Source of the DNA: Gemmatimonadota bacterium
GTDB lineage: Bacteria > Gemmatimonadota > Gemmatimonadetes > Gemmatimonadales > GWC2-71-9
Assembly (NCBI GenBank): GCA_039586365.1
Contig: JBDHKN010000100.1
Location: 1-20,312, forward strand
Direction of reading: 5' to 3'
Length of the DNA: 20,312 bases
How positions within the stretch are numbered: position 1 is the first letter of the stretch; every line of letters starts with the position of its first letter. Made by a program: the position numbers and the translations under genes. Of the stretch, positions 16,525 to 20,312 are shown one piece after another. The notes beneath the pieces were generated by a model, which ran no database searches, had not been told where the DNA came from, and worked only from the letters and a program-made list of their open reading frames with translations.

Positions 16525-17900
16525 CCTCGGGGCCACTGATCGCCGTCGTCGACGATGACGAACTCACAAGCATATGGTTGAGTGAACATCTCGAAGGGGC
16601 GGGCTACGCGGTCGCATGTGCTGGAACCGGTAAGGAAGCGCTCAACCTGATCAAGGCTGCGGTCCCGGCCCTCGTGCTCCTCGATCTGCGCTTACCGGAC
16701 GCCTACGGCCTCGAGCTACTCGGACAGTTCCGCGAGATCGACCGTGACATGGTTGTTATCATGGTGACCGCGTTCGGCGAGATCGACACGGCGGTGCAAG
16801 CAGTGAAAGCCGGTGCATATCACTTCCTCCAGAAGCCACTCGATCTGGATGACCTCCTCATCACGATCGAAAAGGGCCTCGAGGCACGCCACTTGCGCAA
16901 GGAGGTGGCGGTGCTGCGCGCACAGCACCGGTGGCTCTTTGCCAGTGTTGAACTGGTGGGTCGCTCGCGCGCGATGGAGGAATTAGCCCGAACCGTAAAC
17001 AAGGTAGCACTCGCAGACTCAGCCACGGTTCTACTGAGGGGAGAGAGCGGTACCGGGAAGGACCTCGTTGCCCGTGCGATTCATGCCCGGAGTGAACGCC
17101 ATGACCGTCCGTTCCTCGAGATCAATTGCACCGCCCTGCCTGAACATCTCGTCGAATCAGAACTATTCGGTCATGAGCGCGGTGCGTTCACGGATGCGCG
17201 CGAGCGTAAGAAGGGACTCGTTGAGCTGGCCGACGGCGGCACGCTGTTCCTGGATGAGATCGGCGAGATACCACCGGGCACTCAGGCAAAGCTACTGCGC
17301 TTTCTCGAGGACTCGGCGTTCAAGCGTTTGGGCGGGACCACCGATGTTCGGGTCAACATTCGCGTGATCGCTGCGACGAACCGCGATCTCGAAAGCGCAA
17401 TCAAGAACCAGGTCTTTAGAGCCGATCTCTACTATCGCCTCAAGGTAGTGCCCATTCAGATCCCACCGCTCCGCGAGCGGCCGGACGACATTGCCCCTCT
17501 TGCAGAGTATTTCATCGAACGGCTCTCCCGGGAACTCAAGCGCGATCCCGTCGCATTCACAGTGGCTGCGTTGCGCATACTCGAAGCCTACTCCTGGCCG
17601 GGCAACGTCCGTGAATTGCGTAATGTCATCGAGCGAGCGCTGATCCTGGAAGACGCACAGGAGATCCGCCCCGAGCATTTGCCCGCTGAGATCTTGGGCG
17701 CGCCACGCGAGGACACGAATGGCAGCGAACTGTTTCAACTGCCGCCGGACGGCGTCAGTCTTAAAGACCTCGAGCTGGAGTTGATTCGACAAGCACTAAC
17801 ACGGACGGGGGACAACGTAACACGGGCCGCGAGGCTTCTTGGACTCAGCCGGGACACCTTGCGTTATCGTCTCGACAAGTACGACCTAAGTGGGCCTTAG
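16521..17900 (+). CDS. sigma54-dependent response regulator (NtrC/AtoC/ZraR family; REC-AAA+-Fis HTH)
   Basis: VVDDD, LLDLRLPD, GESGTGK, ESELFGHERGAFTDA, LFLDEIGE, AATNRDL, FRADLYYRL, WPGNVREL and NVTRAARLLGLSRDTLRYRL. ATGA overlap with the kinase. Confidence 0.96.
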   Translation: MTSGPLIAVVDDDELTSIWLSEHLEGAGYAVACAGTGKEALNLIKAAVPALVLLDLRLPDAYGLELLGQFREIDRDMVVIMVTAFGEIDTAVQAVKAGAYHFLQKPLDLDDLLITIEKGLEARHLRKEVAVLRAQHRWLFASVELVGRSRAMEELARTVNKVALADSATVLLRGESGTGKDLVARAIHARSERHDRPFLEINCTALPEHLVESELFGHERGAFTDARERKKGLVELADGGTLFLDEIGEIPPGTQAKLLRFLEDSAFKRLGGTTDVRVNIRVIAATNRDLESAIKNQVFRADLYYRLKVVPIQIPPLRERPDDIAPLAEYFIERLSRELKRDPVAFTVAALRILEAYSWPGNVRELRNVIERALILEDAQEIRPEHLPAEILGAPREDTNGSELFQLPPDGVSLKDLELELIRQALTRTGDNVTRAARLLGLSRDTLRYRLDKYDLSGP

Positions 17901-18055
17901 GCAATTGATCGGATTGCCCACCGCAGCTCCCCAAGCTATCCCGTCGTCCTATCGTGTACTCGGATCACGTCCTTGACTGATACTGATCCGCCTTCCATAG
18001 TACAATTTGCCTTCTTCAACGACTGCAACCCAAGTCGACAAAGCCAGGCCGCTTG

Positions 18056-18700
18056 ATGACTCACGGTTCTACGATGTCCGTACATGCCTGCTTCGTACTG
18101 TTGCAGCTGGCCTCAGCAGGTTTGTGGGGGTGCGGCGTTTCCCGGGATGCGTCTGTACATGAGTCGACGGCGCAATACGCTCCCTCTGATGAGTTGCTTC
18201 TGGCTTCTTCCAAGGTGGCACTTCCGCCACCTGGTGTGGTGCCAGAGTATCTTCCGCATCCCGAGTCAGAAGGAGCGAAACTGGTGCAGCAGTACTGCAC
18301 TGCCTGCCACGAATTGCCAACTCCCAAGATCCACTCCAGAACGGACTGGCCGCGTGTGACGCGCAGGATGTGGTTGCGAATCGACGGTCTTGAACCCGGC
18401 TTCGCCGTACCGGTGCCAACGTCGGCTGAGCGGATCATGATCCTGCGCTATCTGATCGACAACGCACTTAGGGTGAGCGGTACCACTCTACCAGCCGGCC
18501 CGGAACGCGCCTTTTTCAGCGCGACTTGCAGTCGCTGCCATGAGCTTCCGGACCCAAAACACCACTCCTACGAGGAGTGGGTTGTGGTTACACGGCGGAT
18601 GATGGACCGTATGGAGACGATGCTGGGAGTGACCCTCACTCCGGAAGAGTTTTCGAAGATCGCACTCTATCTCGAAACCACCTCCAAGGATACGCCCTAG
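18056..18700 (+). CDS. Diheme cytochrome c lipoprotein (two similar monoheme domains)
   Basis: Lipobox LWGC, then YCTACHELPTPKIHSRTDWPRVTRRM and TCSRCHELPDPKHHSYEEWVVVTRRM (internal duplication). The start could also be 18053 or 18074. Confidence 0.85.
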   Translation: MTHGSTMSVHACFVLLQLASAGLWGCGVSRDASVHESTAQYAPSDELLLASSKVALPPPGVVPEYLPHPESEGAKLVQQYCTACHELPTPKIHSRTDWPRVTRRMWLRIDGLEPGFAVPVPTSAERIMILRYLIDNALRVSGTTLPAGPERAFFSATCSRCHELPDPKHHSYEEWVVVTRRMMDRMETMLGVTLTPEEFSKIALYLETTSKDTP

Positions 18701-18736
18701 TCCCCCACGACCGGCTTTTGCGTAACACGTGTGAAG

Positions 18737-18752
18737 GGCATTCTCAACTTAA
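18737..18752 (+). repeat. IS6-type terminal inverted repeat (left end of a disrupted second element)
   Basis: GGCATTCTCAACTTAA is 14/16 identical to the reverse complement of 3408-3423. Confidence 0.65.
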
Positions 18753-18836
18753 CAGTCTGTCGGACTTAACGAGGCCGTGTTTTGTTGAGTTAATAGTGGT
18801 TGCACTCGTTCTTCGTCATCCGATATACTCGGTGCC

Positions 18837-20020
18837 ATGAGCATACGATTCGTGAATGTCGATCGGGATCAGCGGCTGTTGTTGCCTCCGGATTTGCGGG
18901 AGTGGATCCCGAAAGACGACCTGGTCCATTTCGTCATTGAGGCAGTTGAGGAATTGGATTTGCGTTCGTTCAAAGTGAATACGCGCGGCACAGGTAGCCC
19001 TCAGTATCCACCGCACATGATGTTGAGTCTTCTCATCTATTGCTATGCGAACGGCATTTTCTCGTCGCGTCGCATTGAACGGGCCACCTACCGGGACATC
19101 GCTGTACGGTACCTGACGGGTGACACGCATCCAGATCACGATACGATCTGCGCGTTCCGGCGGGAGAACTTCACTGCAGTAGCGGACTGTTTTGTCACAG
19201 TTCTGGAATTGGCGCGGGAGTTGAAGCTGCTGAAGGTCGGAACAGTCAGTGTGGATGGCACAAAGATCAAGGCCAACGCGAAAATGAGTCGGAGCGTTCG
19301 ATACGACCGGGCGGGTGAGCTTGTTGAACAGTTGAAGCTAGAAGTGGCTGAGCTACTGGAGCAGGCTGAGCAGACCGACTGTGGTGATGAGACAGACGGT
19401 CAGAGTCTGCCGGAGGAGATTGCACGTCGCGACAGGCTTAGGGAGAAGCTTGAACAAGCGCGTGCTCGTATTGAGGCGCGCGCCAAGGCAAAGGCGGAGG
19501 AGGAGCGCGCCGATTACGAGCGGAAGTGCAAGGCACGCGAGGAGGCGTAAGGGTTTGTCTAAGGGCCCTTTTATCAAGGAGCCCGACCCAACCCCCGAGT
19601 CAAAGACGCAAGACAATCTGACTGATCCCGACAGTCGGATCATGCGTAAGAACAAACGCAGCAGTTACGAACAGGCATACAACGCGCAAGCTGTCGTCGA
19701 CGCCGATGGCAGCCAACCGGTGTTGGTTGCCCGTGTGAGCCAATGCTCTGTGGACAGAATCGAACTCGTTCCAGACATAGAAGCCATTCCCGAAAGCATC
19801 GGATGTCCCGAGACCGTTTTGGCCGACAACGGATACCTTGATGAAGACAGCGTTCGCCGGTTAGAGGGTGACGCGGATGAACCTAAGATGAACGTGTTGG
19901 TTTCTGTCCATGCCCAGGTTAAACAGGTTCGCCGGCAGCACGATTTCCGTCCTCATCCGACTAAGGAGAAGCAACTGCGAGCGATCCGCTCCGAATTCGT
20001 CTTGGAGATGAAAGAGAAGA
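18837..20020 (+). pseudogene. IS1182-family transposase, frameshifted and C-terminally truncated
   Basis: Q.LLLPPDLREWIP..DLVHFVIE, YPPHMMLSLLIYCYANGIFSSRRIER, PDHDTI..FR and VDGTKIKANA are present. A frameshift near 19544 (one extra G in gaggaggcgtaag) gives a stop at 19550. The second frame continues NLTDPDSRIM, AYNAQAVVD and LADNGY, then is cut at about 20020. A probable left end, CAGTCTGTCGGACTTAA, lies at about 18753. Confidence 0.88.
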
Positions 20021-20028
20021 GTATTGGG

Positions 20029-20159
20029 GGTATTGTCAACTTGACGCTGAATGCCGGTGCAAGAACCTTGAGGCCGATCCGTGACTGCTTGAGAATCACG
20101 GACTTCCGGTTTGATGGATTGCGCTTTCAACGCGAGAATTCACTCAACTTGACAGTGCT
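20029..20159. mobile_element. 131-bp non-coding element bounded by IS6-type inverted repeats (MITE-like or internally deleted IS)
   Basis: Left end GGTATTGTCAACTTGA (20029-20044) versus right end reverse complement AGCACTGTCAAGTTGA (20144-20159): 12/16 identical. It sits where the IS1182 transposase is cut. Confidence 0.55.
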
Positions 20160-20312
20160 CTAAGGAGAGTGTTCCAGCATGAAAAGCACCATCGCAGTCT
20201 TCCATGAGAAGGGTAGATTGTCAAGGCCAACGTGGTGGCCGATGACGTTAGACTCACCTTGATGCTTCCATCCGCACTCTGAGTGGGTGAGGCTTTTCTG
20301 TCACCCGGTGCA

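Noticed and set aside
17181..17198. GAFTDA instead of GAFTGA in the activator as a sign of sigma54 independence
   Set aside because: GAFTDA is a common variant that keeps the critical F and T, and good sigma54 promoters are present nearby.
18713..18726. GGCTTTTGCGTAAC as the displaced left IR of the IS903-group element
   Set aside because: Only loose similarity to GGCTTTGTTG-type ends and no matching right IR in the window to compare.
19530..19560. Programmed frameshift in the IS1182 transposase
   Set aside because: No slippery A-run or X XXY YYZ motif, and the family is normally a single ORF; a single-base insertion explains it.

Overview
GC-rich bacterial DNA; the flanking genes look Gemmatimonadota-like, which is an inference. 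The core (about 4.4-18.7 kb) is a respiratory/electron-transfer island. A minus-strand operon encodes a monoheme cytochrome c, a pentaheme QrcA/ActA-like cytochrome, a Tat-exported molybdopterin-oxidoreductase-fold subunit, a 16-Cys ferredoxin subunit and an NrfD/ActC-like membrane subunit. Where alternative complex III has actDEF, this operon has two paralogous tetraheme 'WNH-repeat' cytochromes. A separately promoted diheme lipoprotein with a collagen-like G-X-D stalk follows. Divergently transcribed are a stand-alone receiver, a HAMP histidine kinase and a sigma54 (NtrC-type) activator, then another diheme lipoprotein. In total there are 18 CxxCH motifs in 6 cytochrome genes. Two sigma54 -24/-12 promoters share a conserved tandem upstream motif, which defines a small local regulon. 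The block 3424-18736 lies between two outward-facing IS6-type inverted repeats (14/16 identical) with GTGAAG duplicated on their inner sides. Decayed IS6, IS5/IS903-group and IS1182 transposases lie at the edges. The left flank holds a SARP/BTAD regulator missed by the ORF track, two convergent gene remnants and a YiiX/YebB-like permuted papain enzyme.
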